DNA from: a virus
Lineage: Duplodnaviria > Caudoviricetes
IMG/VR virus record: IMGVR_UViG_3300025277_000082
Location: 1 to 32,290 of that record
Strand: one strand, 5' to 3'
DNA length: 32,290 nt
Shown: one piece after another, positions 1 to 9,428 of the stretch
Numbering within the stretch: position 1 is the first letter of the stretch
How the letters are laid out: the number at the start of each line of letters is the position of its first letter
Program-made: the position numbers and the translations under genes
Notes under the pieces: model-generated
Databases searched by the model: none
The model's input: only the letters and a program-made list of their open reading frames with translations
What the model was told of the DNA's origin: nothing

Positions 1-1
1 C

Positions 2-490
2 CCCGATTTCTTGCGTGGCGATCAGTCCGCCAGCCGCATCGAATGATAGTAATTTATTAGCGCGATCCGCTGCGTTCTTGTTGACCGTTGTGGTTCCGGC
101 ATCCACGACCGTTTCAGCAAATCCAAAACCTTCCCCGGCTACCGCATCGATCTCTTGGATCAGCATTAAATTTTTATCAGCGGTATCTTCAAGAGAGGTT
201 GCGCTTAATGCGGAGTTGTCAACGTAATCGGTTGCTTGTGTTCGGGGAAGCGTGCGGAGAAGTACGACACTCTTCGAACTTGCCGGAGTATTGCCGAGTG
301 TGAATGTCACATTTCCGCCTGATGCCGCTCCGGCTCCGGATACTGTGTAATGAGTCGTGAGGGATTTTAAAACGGAATCAACGTATACTTTTAAATCCGA
401 ATCACTAAAAATTCGGAAATCATACGCGAAAATATTTGTCGAACCATTACCGGTATAACTCTTTTTTCTGGTTGTAGTCGATACAGTCAT
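2..490 (-). CDS. Tail fibre protein, T7 gp17-like N-terminal domain (runs off the window)
   Basis: Manual translation from ATG at 490: MTVSTTTRKKSYTGNGSTNIFAYDFRIFSDSDLKVYVD...YTVSGAG...GGNVTF...LEDTADKNLMLIQE; typical podovirus fibre adaptor N-terminus, directly after the internal virion genes. Confidence 0.85.
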   Translation of the reverse strand, partial: MTVSTTTRKKSYTGNGSTNIFAYDFRIFSDSDLKVYVDSVLKSLTTHYTVSGAGAASGGNVTFTLGNTPASSKSVVLLRTLPRTQATDYVDNSALSATSLEDTADKNLMLIQEIDAVAGEGFGFAETVVDAGTTTVNKNAADRANKLLSFDAAGGLIATQEIG

Positions 491-3400
491 TTATTGCACC
501 CGTAAATTTGGTAACACCGGTCCTCGCGATGTACCTAGTTGGTTAAAGTAGTCTTGTTGTTCAAGCGGATTATCTGTTTTTTGTTGCCGGGCTTTCGACT
601 CTTCGATTCTTGTTAACAGATCCGGCTGATGTTTGGCAATCACTTCATCCATGGGACCCCCAGCATCAAATAATCGTTTCTTGGCGATACTTCTTCGGCC
701 CATGATTTCCTTTTTAACGTATTCCACCCGTTCATCATCAGTCCATCCGATATAACGCTGGCTCTTGATAATCGCCTCGACCGCCTTCTTGGCAATCGGT
801 TTGCCACCAAGTGGTAATACTTGGTGATACATGGGCTCATTGGCCAACTGCATCCACCGGATCCTGACCGCCGGGTGAAGTTTTACGCCTTCTATTCTAT
901 AATTCACATTTCTCATTGGCATTCTCAATCGCTTCATTTCCTTGTCCACTATGTCCGGATCAGTCCGGGTGTAGTTAAACGGGCTGATAAAGTCAGGCCC
1001 CCAGTTGCCATGGTTAGCAACCGGTTCGTACCAGATATTTTTCTTGCCAGGCAGCGTTTTGCTTAATCCTGGGATCTGGTTTTTCATCACTTCCCAAACT
1101 CCCTGTACCCCGTCAATGGCATGCTGGATTTCCCGGAATTCATCATCCCCGGCCGCGGTCTTGAAATCAGAAACAATCCGGGGAATACCCATCCGGACCA
1201 GATTGTCAAAATATCGCGCCGTTTGATCAGTCGGATTCATAAACAGATTCAGTAATTCATGGACCGACCGCGCCCAACTTTTCGAGATCAGGTTATTGTG
1301 TCCGACCGCATACAACGTCATCATTAATTTCCCGTACTCTTCTTCGCCCCAATATCCAGCGATGTCATGAGCGTTTTGGGCAATATCCGCAACCATACAG
1401 AAGTAAGTGCCGAGCGGTTCGATCTTGCCAAACTGGTAAGTATGCCGACCGCCGTTTTCATCATCAAATACTATGGAACACGGTTTGAACCCGGCATTCA
1501 TTTCTATTTCTTTAAGGGCCTTGGTGTTTTCCGGATCCGGCATATCCACACCAGAGGCACCGTAACCCCAAAGCTGAACATTATCCCAAAACCCGGTCGC
1601 AAGAAAATGGGCCGTGGTTACATATCCAGCGGCTACAACAAACCGACCGAGTGCCATGTCTCGCGCGGCACCGCCGTTTAATCCTTTTAAATCATCAAAA
1701 GATTTCCCGGTCATGTTGGACATGTGCAATGCATATTTAGTAGAATTCACCATGACCTTTAAAAAAGGTACAAACATCCGGCCCCATGGCAATCCGTAAT
1801 TCAGAATCCCGGTATCACGCGCCCGATTCATTAACTCACCGAGTTCCCCGAGGTCTTGCTGCAAGGTCATGAACTCCGCGAGCTCTTCACCCTTGAACAT
1901 CATTTTAGGAGTTGGTTTTTTTAAATAAGCGTCAACCACTTCTTCAACCTCGCCAATAGTAATCGCACCGGCTTCCACATCCTTGAATGCTTTCTTGTAG
2001 GCTTCATCCATCTGGCCTAACCGTCTGCCGAAAGTTTTGAAAAATTCATCTCCACCTTTTAATCCTCGGCCCGGATAACTGGTCACCTTGCCCACTGCAT
2101 CAATGAAGAGAGCAAAGGGTCCGCCCTCTTTAACAGTTTGCGGTGTGATCGTTTGTTTAAACCACTTATCCTTATTGGCCGGGTTCTGATGAATATTTTC
2201 AAACATGTCTCTAAGATTGCCGGAGGTGATAACTTCATCTTCCTTGGTGTTTGAAAAAGATTGATCGAGTTTTGTTTTCTGGCCGCCAGCCGGTTGATTG
2301 GTTTTTAAAGTTTGCCAAGCGAATGCCATTGCTTCCGGAAAGGCACGCCCAATAACCATTAAGGACCGGAGTCCGTTCTTGTAAGTTATACGATCTTTAT
2401 CACTCTTCCAAAAAATGGCAGCCCGCCGTGCCGGGCTCAAAACAGCCGCCGCCCCTTTTGTCAGTGGGTAATTAATCAGGATATTTAAATTACTTACAAC
2501 ATTGACACCCAAGATTGTTTTAAAAGAACTCAACATGAATGGATACATGAGTCCCAAAAATACATCCTTGAATCCGATAATGTCCTTGGCCTTTTCCGCC
2601 CATTCATCAATTTCCATATGCTCGGCCGCATTGGCCATAATTTTAAGCCACTGTTCATCACTGGCACCGATTGGCGCTTCCATGGCGGCCTCAATTGCAA
2701 CTTCGGAAAACTTTTTAGCTTGCAACTCGGATATAGGATCTTCCGGATCCAGTTTGACTCCCATATATTTTGTAGTACGCGCCGGGCCGGATTTTAGGCT
2801 TTGCTCGGTAACCAAGTGGTTTCCCATATCAACCATCGCTTCCTTGGCCGCCTTTATGTCTTCCGGTAATTTTGTTTGGTTGGCTTTTTTAACTGCTTCC
2901 ATCGCCCGGATAGATGCCGCGTTAGTCATCTGGCGGATCTTAACGATGATGGCCGAGTTATCCAGTTCCGCCGGATCGATGTCCCGTGGATCTCTCGGAT
3001 CAGCCTTGGCCTCGGCCTTAACTTCATCAATGTTCCTGGGCTCGGTGAAATCCATTTCGTTATCAACATATTGCTTAACGAATTTTTGCAGAACTTCATT
3101 GTTCTGACCGGCCGGTCCCATGGGGCGTACGTTGAAGGGTTCTCTCGGAGGGCGTTTCTTGAAAAATCCTTTGAACGCACCCCATCCGCCAACTTGCTGG
3201 ACTTCATATTCTTGTGTCGGATCAAACACGGCCGGAGTGGCCAAGGGAGTATCGGGGGATTCAATCGGTTCTTCCCCTTGCCTCATGACAAGGGTTACAT
3301 CGGGGTCTACCTCTTCGGAGGTTGCGCCAGGATCTCTTCCAGCCTCTTCTCGGATTTCGCGGTGTCGGCCAGTAGTTTCGATTGTTTGGTTATCAACTGG

Positions 3401-3547
3401 TCCATTTCCTTCTTGGGAAGGCTTGGTCCGTAGATTCGATTCGACTCCAGAAAGAGCGCCGCCAATTCTTCCGTATTCGTCTTCGGTGATTTCGTTGCCA
3501 TCTTGCAGTCCTCTTAATATTGCTTGTTGTGTTTGTTCGTATTTCAT
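491..3547 (-). CDS. Large internal virion (ejection) protein, gp16-like C-terminal part
   Basis: 1018-aa mostly helical ORF in the last internal-protein slot before the fibre; FVPFLKVMVN and later motifs resemble podovirus ejection proteins. Confidence 0.7.
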   Translation of the reverse strand: MKYEQTQQAILRGLQDGNEITEDEYGRIGGALSGVESNLRTKPSQEGNGPVDNQTIETTGRHREIREEAGRDPGATSEEVDPDVTLVMRQGEEPIESPDTPLATPAVFDPTQEYEVQQVGGWGAFKGFFKKRPPREPFNVRPMGPAGQNNEVLQKFVKQYVDNEMDFTEPRNIDEVKAEAKADPRDPRDIDPAELDNSAIIVKIRQMTNAASIRAMEAVKKANQTKLPEDIKAAKEAMVDMGNHLVTEQSLKSGPARTTKYMGVKLDPEDPISELQAKKFSEVAIEAAMEAPIGASDEQWLKIMANAAEHMEIDEWAEKAKDIIGFKDVFLGLMYPFMLSSFKTILGVNVVSNLNILINYPLTKGAAAVLSPARRAAIFWKSDKDRITYKNGLRSLMVIGRAFPEAMAFAWQTLKTNQPAGGQKTKLDQSFSNTKEDEVITSGNLRDMFENIHQNPANKDKWFKQTITPQTVKEGGPFALFIDAVGKVTSYPGRGLKGGDEFFKTFGRRLGQMDEAYKKAFKDVEAGAITIGEVEEVVDAYLKKPTPKMMFKGEELAEFMTLQQDLGELGELMNRARDTGILNYGLPWGRMFVPFLKVMVNSTKYALHMSNMTGKSFDDLKGLNGGAARDMALGRFVVAAGYVTTAHFLATGFWDNVQLWGYGASGVDMPDPENTKALKEIEMNAGFKPCSIVFDDENGGRHTYQFGKIEPLGTYFCMVADIAQNAHDIAGYWGEEEYGKLMMTLYAVGHNNLISKSWARSVHELLNLFMNPTDQTARYFDNLVRMGIPRIVSDFKTAAGDDEFREIQHAIDGVQGVWEVMKNQIPGLSKTLPGKKNIWYEPVANHGNWGPDFISPFNYTRTDPDIVDKEMKRLRMPMRNVNYRIEGVKLHPAVRIRWMQLANEPMYHQVLPLGGKPIAKKAVEAIIKSQRYIGWTDDERVEYVKKEIMGRRSIAKKRLFDAGGPMDEVIAKHQPDLLTRIEESKARQQKTDNPLEQQDYFNQLGTSRGPVLPNLRVQ

Positions 3548-3551
3548 TATA

Positions 3552-5969
3552 TCACTTTTTTGATAAAGTTACAGTTGGGGTGCCACCTAAATCTTCCAGT
3601 TCTTTGACCGCCTTATCATATTTACCACGCAAACGCGCCTGTTCCTTCACAAAGTATTCTTGTTCTTGGAGCGGTATAGAATAGGTTCCCTTCCGCCCAG
3701 CGGTCGCTTGGATTTCATCGGCTGTTTCGGCTATTTCCACAATGATGTCATTCACTTTTTCCTTTGCTTTTTCTATTGCCGTTGGCTTCGGTATCGAGCT
3801 ATTCGCCTGTTTGATCTGGTTATTAATTTTCTTCGCGTTCTCGGTCTGGTTCTTACCAAAAAAACATCCGGCGGCTCCAAACTTATCGCATGCTGTACAA
3901 GTCCATAATCCGGGCTCGGCGGTCTTGTTGGCAATACTAACGAAACTGGTACCCGGTTTTGTTTTCATCTTGCCGCCATCGACCGGGCAGAGTTTCTTGG
4001 TCATCTTTTTAAATGAATCCGGAAAGCGTTTCTTGACATCCGCACGGGTGACCTCGCCGCCTTTCATATTCACCGGCAGATAAACAGCTACCCGGTCATT
4101 GACCTCCGCAATCATTGCCGGAGTCATATCATCGGTGATGGTCACGGCCAGTTGAAATTCCGGATGCTTCCGGGTCAATTCGAAATTGGTTGAATCAATC
4201 GATAACATTTTTAAATTAAAGTCAGGCACCTTTGCCAGTAGGTCCGGGCGCTTGGAAAATATCTGCATCCGGTGACCTTGCTTGTTCATTGCCTTGATCA
4301 ATGTTACCTGGGCATCGGATAAATCTCCCTTGTCATTAATCCTTAATGCCAGCCCCGTCATTCCTTGCGGCGTGGCGCTGTAGAGTGCACCCACACGCTT
4401 GGCTAAAATTGCCGGATGATTCTCCGCAACCCATTCGGTGAATTCCGCCTTCATCAATTCCGCCGGTCTGGCATTAGCTATCGAGGCATAACAAAATTTT
4501 GCACAATCCTTGCTCGGGTTGCAGTTTTTAAATGAGCCGGATATATCAAGTTCGGCTTTACGATTTTTCCCGATAAAAGAATAGTTCCCGGCAAACTCTA
4601 AAACCGCTGCCTTACTATGAACAAACGCTTTGCCCATCGCATAATTGGTCAGTGCATCCTTGCCCCATAATTTACTATTCGCGAGCTCCATCGCTTCATC
4701 CAGCCGGCCTTCCATGGCACGGTGAAAAAATTCCCGGATGGTCAGGCCCCGAACCGTTGCGGCTGCCCATGGAGTTCCGGCATGTTGTTCCATATTCTCG
4801 CGCAACATTTTTGACTCCACCGGATCCATGCGACCCATGGTTTCTTCCATACCTTGGTTGACTTCCGGGTAGATGGTATTTAATGTTCCGGTTTCTTCGG
4901 TCCGGCTTAATTTTTTTACTTTTGTTTTTTTCTTTTTTGGCCCCGGCACAGTACCAGCCTCATTACCTAAGTGACGGTTCAGATATTCGCGGAATGATTT
5001 ATCCGATGGCCATTTCTTTTTCATCTCGGATAACAGTTCGACTACCTTGTCAACCGCCGGGCGGCCTGTACCGCCTTCGCCAAAAAATGTTTCACCCCAC
5101 TCATAAATTTCCTTGGATGCTTTCGGGCTTTTCATCGCACCGGCAATCACGCCGGATAAAATAATTCCCTCGGCTAACATCCGGGCACGTTTCTCGGTTT
5201 GTGTCCCAGGTTCGGTCGAATCGATATATGCCGCGAGATCCTGTATCACTTCCGGACCGAAATCCATGTCCCTGATTAATGACGCGAGGTTCCCGTGGTC
5301 AGGATTAAATACGGTCATGTCAGAAATAGCGCCGCGAGCAACAATTGCTTTTTTCGTATTGAGCAACATACCGGCGCCTTTCATTCCCCAGGCAAACTGG
5401 CCAATCGCTCGCGCTACCTCTTCGACTACTCCGCCCATGTGAGGGAACAGCCTGGATGCTTCGAATTGCTGTTCGGTTCCGGTAATTCCGGCAACACCTC
5501 CGCCTTGACCGAACATCGATTGCTCGAATGCATCTTGAAAATAATCCGGGGTCAGGCTGTAAAAATATTTTAGTGAATTGTGGATGGCATCCTCCGCCGA
5601 TCCGCCGATGATTCGAACCGCCGTATTGAGCGTATCGGTTCCCATGGCACCAGCCTCTTTAATAGCTTGGAGCTCGGGTTCCGGAATCAGGCTTTCAAAG
5701 GTATTCATGGTACGATTACCGCCTCTCGGCATGACCGGTTTAGTCACATCGAAATCACCATCCGGAACAACATTTTCAACCAGTGAAACAATCTCGCCGG
5801 TTTCTTCATCCTGTTCTAGCAACTGGTCATGAAGATAAGCGTTTGCCTCACTCGCGGAATACACCTTGCTCATGTCCTTATCCGGAATGGTAACGGGTGC
5901 CTCTTCGGGCGGTTTGTCCTGTTCTAATATTAGTGTGACATCGGGTTCGAATTGTTCTTCAGTTGCCAT
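3552..5969 (-). CDS. Internal virion protein with a C-terminal Cys-rich GP88/radical-SAM-like domain
   Basis: 805 aa; position among ejection genes; C-half has CNPSKDCAKFCYA, LRINDKGD, IFSKR, CPVD and CTAC...GC. Confidence 0.65.
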   Translation of the reverse strand: MATEEQFEPDVTLILEQDKPPEEAPVTIPDKDMSKVYSASEANAYLHDQLLEQDEETGEIVSLVENVVPDGDFDVTKPVMPRGGNRTMNTFESLIPEPELQAIKEAGAMGTDTLNTAVRIIGGSAEDAIHNSLKYFYSLTPDYFQDAFEQSMFGQGGGVAGITGTEQQFEASRLFPHMGGVVEEVARAIGQFAWGMKGAGMLLNTKKAIVARGAISDMTVFNPDHGNLASLIRDMDFGPEVIQDLAAYIDSTEPGTQTEKRARMLAEGIILSGVIAGAMKSPKASKEIYEWGETFFGEGGTGRPAVDKVVELLSEMKKKWPSDKSFREYLNRHLGNEAGTVPGPKKKKTKVKKLSRTEETGTLNTIYPEVNQGMEETMGRMDPVESKMLRENMEQHAGTPWAAATVRGLTIREFFHRAMEGRLDEAMELANSKLWGKDALTNYAMGKAFVHSKAAVLEFAGNYSFIGKNRKAELDISGSFKNCNPSKDCAKFCYASIANARPAELMKAEFTEWVAENHPAILAKRVGALYSATPQGMTGLALRINDKGDLSDAQVTLIKAMNKQGHRMQIFSKRPDLLAKVPDFNLKMLSIDSTNFELTRKHPEFQLAVTITDDMTPAMIAEVNDRVAVYLPVNMKGGEVTRADVKKRFPDSFKKMTKKLCPVDGGKMKTKPGTSFVSIANKTAEPGLWTCTACDKFGAAGCFFGKNQTENAKKINNQIKQANSSIPKPTAIEKAKEKVNDIIVEIAETADEIQATAGRKGTYSIPLQEQEYFVKEQARLRGKYDKAVKELEDLGGTPTVTLSKK

Positions 5970-8302
5970 TATTTACCGCTCCTAATTAAGTCCATCAAAT
6001 CCGACCCAGTTGGGTAACTCTCCTCAAGCGCTTTCCTGTATTCAGTTGCCTCTTTGCTATTGCCGTAATAACCTTTTTCCCCGTACAGATCCTTTCCCCG
6101 ATTAAACTCTGCTATCCCGGCCTTCCTAGCAGCCTTATTCTCCTTATTCCTACGCTCCCACTCTTTAAACTCCGCCGCACTCTTCTCTTTGAATTTCTGA
6201 TTCTCAAGTTTCCTCGCGACCTTTTCTTTTTCAAGCGCAATATTTTCTTTCCTTAATTCTTCGTAATATTCATCCCCCGAAAACATTTCTGCTTGCCGTG
6301 GCTCCTCGGTGACCGCGTTAATAACCTCTTCGATCACTTGCTCAACCACTGGCTCAACCACGGGCTGGGCTGGCGGAGGCGGCTCGGGGATTTCCTGATA
6401 CCTTGCCGGATCAATAATATTAGAAGTCGGTTGAGGCTCTGGAACGGGAACCTCTTGCCGTTCGGGTATATCCGCCGGACTTGGCGGCTTGGCTAAAAAG
6501 GTGCCAAATTTGGATACCGGAATATCTTTAGCTGGTATTTTTTTCCTTTGATCATTCAAAACATTAGGAGTAATAATATTGCGGAACTGGTCGAGCACTT
6601 CGTATGCTTCTCTTAGTTTTTCCCCTTTGATCATTCCTTTAGTGGCAAGGTTATGGAGCTCTACCTCTTGCGCTTCAAAATCGTAAATGGTTTTTCCGGC
6701 GTTATCCCGGAAAGCCATATTTCTTACTTGTTTGGGTAATTTTAAATTCAATCCATATAAATAAGTTTGCGTATGTTCATCCCCATAATTTTTATAAACA
6801 CCTCCATACTGAGTCATTAAATCCTCTGTGACTTTAAACCAATCAACATGTTTTTGTGTCCACTCTTGACCCTGTGTGAGTGCCTGTTCCTCTATTGCCA
6901 TGAACTTGCCGAGCGCAACCGCGGCCATTTGTTTTTGATGTTTATCCGTGCTATCCGCCGGGATCATTACCAGTTTCCCTAAAGTTTTTTTGGCAGTTGT
7001 ATATTTGTAATCCTCTTTCAACCATTGACCCCTTTTCCGGGAAAACATCATCTTGTCTATTTCGAGTTTCTTCCCCGGTGAAAGAGATTCACTGGCATGC
7101 ATCTCATTCATGTTTATTGTTTCGCTATAAATTTCCTGTAAAAATTTGTTGTGTACCACGGGATCCGTAACACCGACCAGCCTTGCACTTGGATGTTTGA
7201 GTGCTTGGTCATAAAGCACCTTGTAATCATCCATCATGTTGGCATCGCGGTAAAGCGGCTTGATATTGGTTTCGAGATAAACCGGCGTGAGTTCAACTAT
7301 ATTTTCCGCCCTACGCTGTGCCGCTGTTTTGGCAACAAACAATTGTTCGTAAAGTACCGGATGCATCGCCTCGACTGTTTCCACGGCAATACTTTCATCG
7401 CGATCTTCTTGGGCCTTATGAATCAAATTTTCATAGGTAGTGTGCGCTGTTTGAACATCTTGAAATGCTTTGATAGCATCGACTCGCGCCTGATACCCGG
7501 TTGAAGTACCTTCCAGCAATTTATCAATGTGAGCCGATTTCATAAACTCAATGCCAAGTTTAGGGTCTTGCAGTTTCATTCGGGCTACCACTTCGTTAAA
7601 TATTTTTAGCCGTCCACTTTCGATGGCCTCTGCTTTTTTAATAGGATCCAAACCGGATTTTAAAATGCCATTTTCATGACCTTGTAAAGTCTGAAAGTTT
7701 TTGTTCCAGTTTGGTAATACGGTTACCTCATCTTGTTTGGAGGGCAATTGCAACTTGGCAATAATTTGCTCATTGATAGCCTTGGTAAATGCGCTTTCGG
7801 TTACTTTGTTATTATGTTTGCTTTTTAAATTAGCCGCCTTTAATGCCAGCGTACTGATCCTTTGAGCAAACTGGGCTTTGAGCGCGGCCTGATAACGCGG
7901 CGAGCTCACACTATTATCAATCGAACCGAGCCAAGTTTTTTGTTTGGCTAAAGTTCCTTGAACAATATCCTTTCCATCAATCATTTTGCCAGGGTCGCTC
8001 TCAATATCTAGTTGCCATCGATCTATATCCTGATGTAAAGATGCCGATGCATCCGCGTATTCCTGATATTCCTGATCCGCTTTTTCTTTTTTCAAACGGG
8101 GAATCAGAACTTCATTAAAAATTTTACTCGCACCCTCGGCAAGCGCCGCCCCGGTTTGGCCGAATGCCGCCGGGTTCATCTTTTGTGTTATGGGCGTTTG
8201 AATCTGAATATTGGATGTACCGGTCCTGGTCAAAAGAACTCCGCCAGCGGTTCCCGGGAGCCCCTGTATACTTTGAGCCTTGATTGTTGGAATTTGAGCC
8301 AT
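5969..8302 (-). CDS. Internal virion protein (gp15-like slot)
   Basis: 777 aa, MAQIPT start, helical, Pro-rich linker near the C-terminus; synteny. Confidence 0.65.
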   Translation of the reverse strand: MAQIPTIKAQSIQGLPGTAGGVLLTRTGTSNIQIQTPITQKMNPAAFGQTGAALAEGASKIFNEVLIPRLKKEKADQEYQEYADASASLHQDIDRWQLDIESDPGKMIDGKDIVQGTLAKQKTWLGSIDNSVSSPRYQAALKAQFAQRISTLALKAANLKSKHNNKVTESAFTKAINEQIIAKLQLPSKQDEVTVLPNWNKNFQTLQGHENGILKSGLDPIKKAEAIESGRLKIFNEVVARMKLQDPKLGIEFMKSAHIDKLLEGTSTGYQARVDAIKAFQDVQTAHTTYENLIHKAQEDRDESIAVETVEAMHPVLYEQLFVAKTAAQRRAENIVELTPVYLETNIKPLYRDANMMDDYKVLYDQALKHPSARLVGVTDPVVHNKFLQEIYSETINMNEMHASESLSPGKKLEIDKMMFSRKRGQWLKEDYKYTTAKKTLGKLVMIPADSTDKHQKQMAAVALGKFMAIEEQALTQGQEWTQKHVDWFKVTEDLMTQYGGVYKNYGDEHTQTYLYGLNLKLPKQVRNMAFRDNAGKTIYDFEAQEVELHNLATKGMIKGEKLREAYEVLDQFRNIITPNVLNDQRKKIPAKDIPVSKFGTFLAKPPSPADIPERQEVPVPEPQPTSNIIDPARYQEIPEPPPPAQPVVEPVVEQVIEEVINAVTEEPRQAEMFSGDEYYEELRKENIALEKEKVARKLENQKFKEKSAAEFKEWERRNKENKAARKAGIAEFNRGKDLYGEKGYYGNSKEATEYRKALEESYPTGSDLMDLIRSGK

Positions 8303-8303
8303 G

Positions 8304-8987
8304 TTAGTTTGTTTTCTTTTTTATTGGAGGCTTTTTCTTCGTATCACCCAGTTTACCGGCACCGGATAAAATAGTTGAACCAGCCTTCATATAACCAGCC
8401 GTCCTGGTTTCCCCGGCTTGGAACTCACTGATCTCGGCCTCCGACATCAACGCCTGTCCGGCAATTGTGCCTTGCCGTATTGTTTCGGATGCTTCGGAAC
8501 GATACCGACCGGCTTCAACGCCAGCTTGATAAGTTTGTAATGTTGCCTGACTTCTTGATTTGTAAGCATTCACTGAACCGAGATGTAAAAGATTCGCTTC
8601 GTTTGCTTCGGCCATGAATTCCGAATCCGCCTCGATCACTAACGGTGTGCCTGTCATCTGGACCCCGGCGAATCCATACAATGCGGTTTGCTCACCGCGT
8701 AACCTTGCCGCATCACGCCTTGATTTATCCGCTTCGTACTGGGCTTGCTGTTCAGCGGCAATCGCTTCGTTTTCTAAAACCGCCGCATTGTAAGCAGCAA
8801 TTTGTTCGGATTGTTTGGCTTCCATCTCGAGAACTTGTGCGTTGTATGTTGCATTTTGTTGCTGGATCACTGCATCACGCCTGGCAATCGCGGCATTCTG
8901 TTCCATGACCGCGGCTTGTGCTTGTGATTGCCTGATCGTCCCGAAAACCTGAACTGCCATCGTTATATAGGGGAGAGCTTGTGCCAT
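8304..8987 (-). CDS. Internal virion protein (gp14-like)
   Basis: 227 aa, Ala/Gln rich, GEQTALYGFAGVQMTGTP motif, directly after the GNAT gene. Confidence 0.7.
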   Translation of the reverse strand: MAQALPYITMAVQVFGTIRQSQAQAAVMEQNAAIARRDAVIQQQNATYNAQVLEMEAKQSEQIAAYNAAVLENEAIAAEQQAQYEADKSRRDAARLRGEQTALYGFAGVQMTGTPLVIEADSEFMAEANEANLLHLGSVNAYKSRSQATLQTYQAGVEAGRYRSEASETIRQGTIAGQALMSEAEISEFQAGETRTAGYMKAGSTILSGAGKLGDTKKKPPIKKKTN

Positions 8988-9428
8988 TTATTGAGTCCTC
9001 CCATATATTAGATAATCCTCACCGTTCGGCCCGTAATTTCTTAGACGACCTTCAAATTTCATTCCTAAAAATTCAACCAGGCGAATCAGTTCGGTATGAC
9101 CATGCATCACCGTTGTCTGTACTCTATGCATTTGATGTGTATTCATAATGTTTTCCAGGTACCTTTTCACATTCCTTACAAACCATAATTTATTGCTCTC
9201 AAATAAATTCGACCCCAATATCCATCCTTCACCAACGCCCGGCCACATGAGCATAACCCCGGCAAACCCGGCCACCTTGTCATCTACAAACCCGGTGTAA
9301 GTCGGCCCGGAAGCAGTAACCCGGAGCCGGATTTCATTTAAAACTTTTTCCATCGCTACCCGTTCAAACTCCCGGAATTCGATCATGTCCCAATGTTCCT
9401 GTTTGAATGGCACAATTTTGTATTTCAT
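8988..9428 (-). CDS. GNAT-fold acetyltransferase-like virion assembly protein (gp13-like slot)
   Basis: Start moved to ATG 9428 (TAATG overlap with the tail tube B stop); WPGVGEGW, RVQTTV, FLGMKFEG, YGPNGEDY motifs. Confidence 0.75.
   Translation of the reverse strand: MKYKIVPFKQEHWDMIEFREFERVAMEKVLNEIRLRVTASGPTYTGFVDDKVAGFAGVMLMWPGVGEGWILGSNLFESNKLWFVRNVKRYLENIMNTHQMHRVQTTVMHGHTELIRLVEFLGMKFEGRLRNYGPNGEDYLIYGRTQ

Noticed and set aside
3860-4560. Intein or homing endonuclease insert in the 805-aa protein
   Set aside because: No intein terminal motifs and no LAGLIDADG, HNH or GIY-YIG signature
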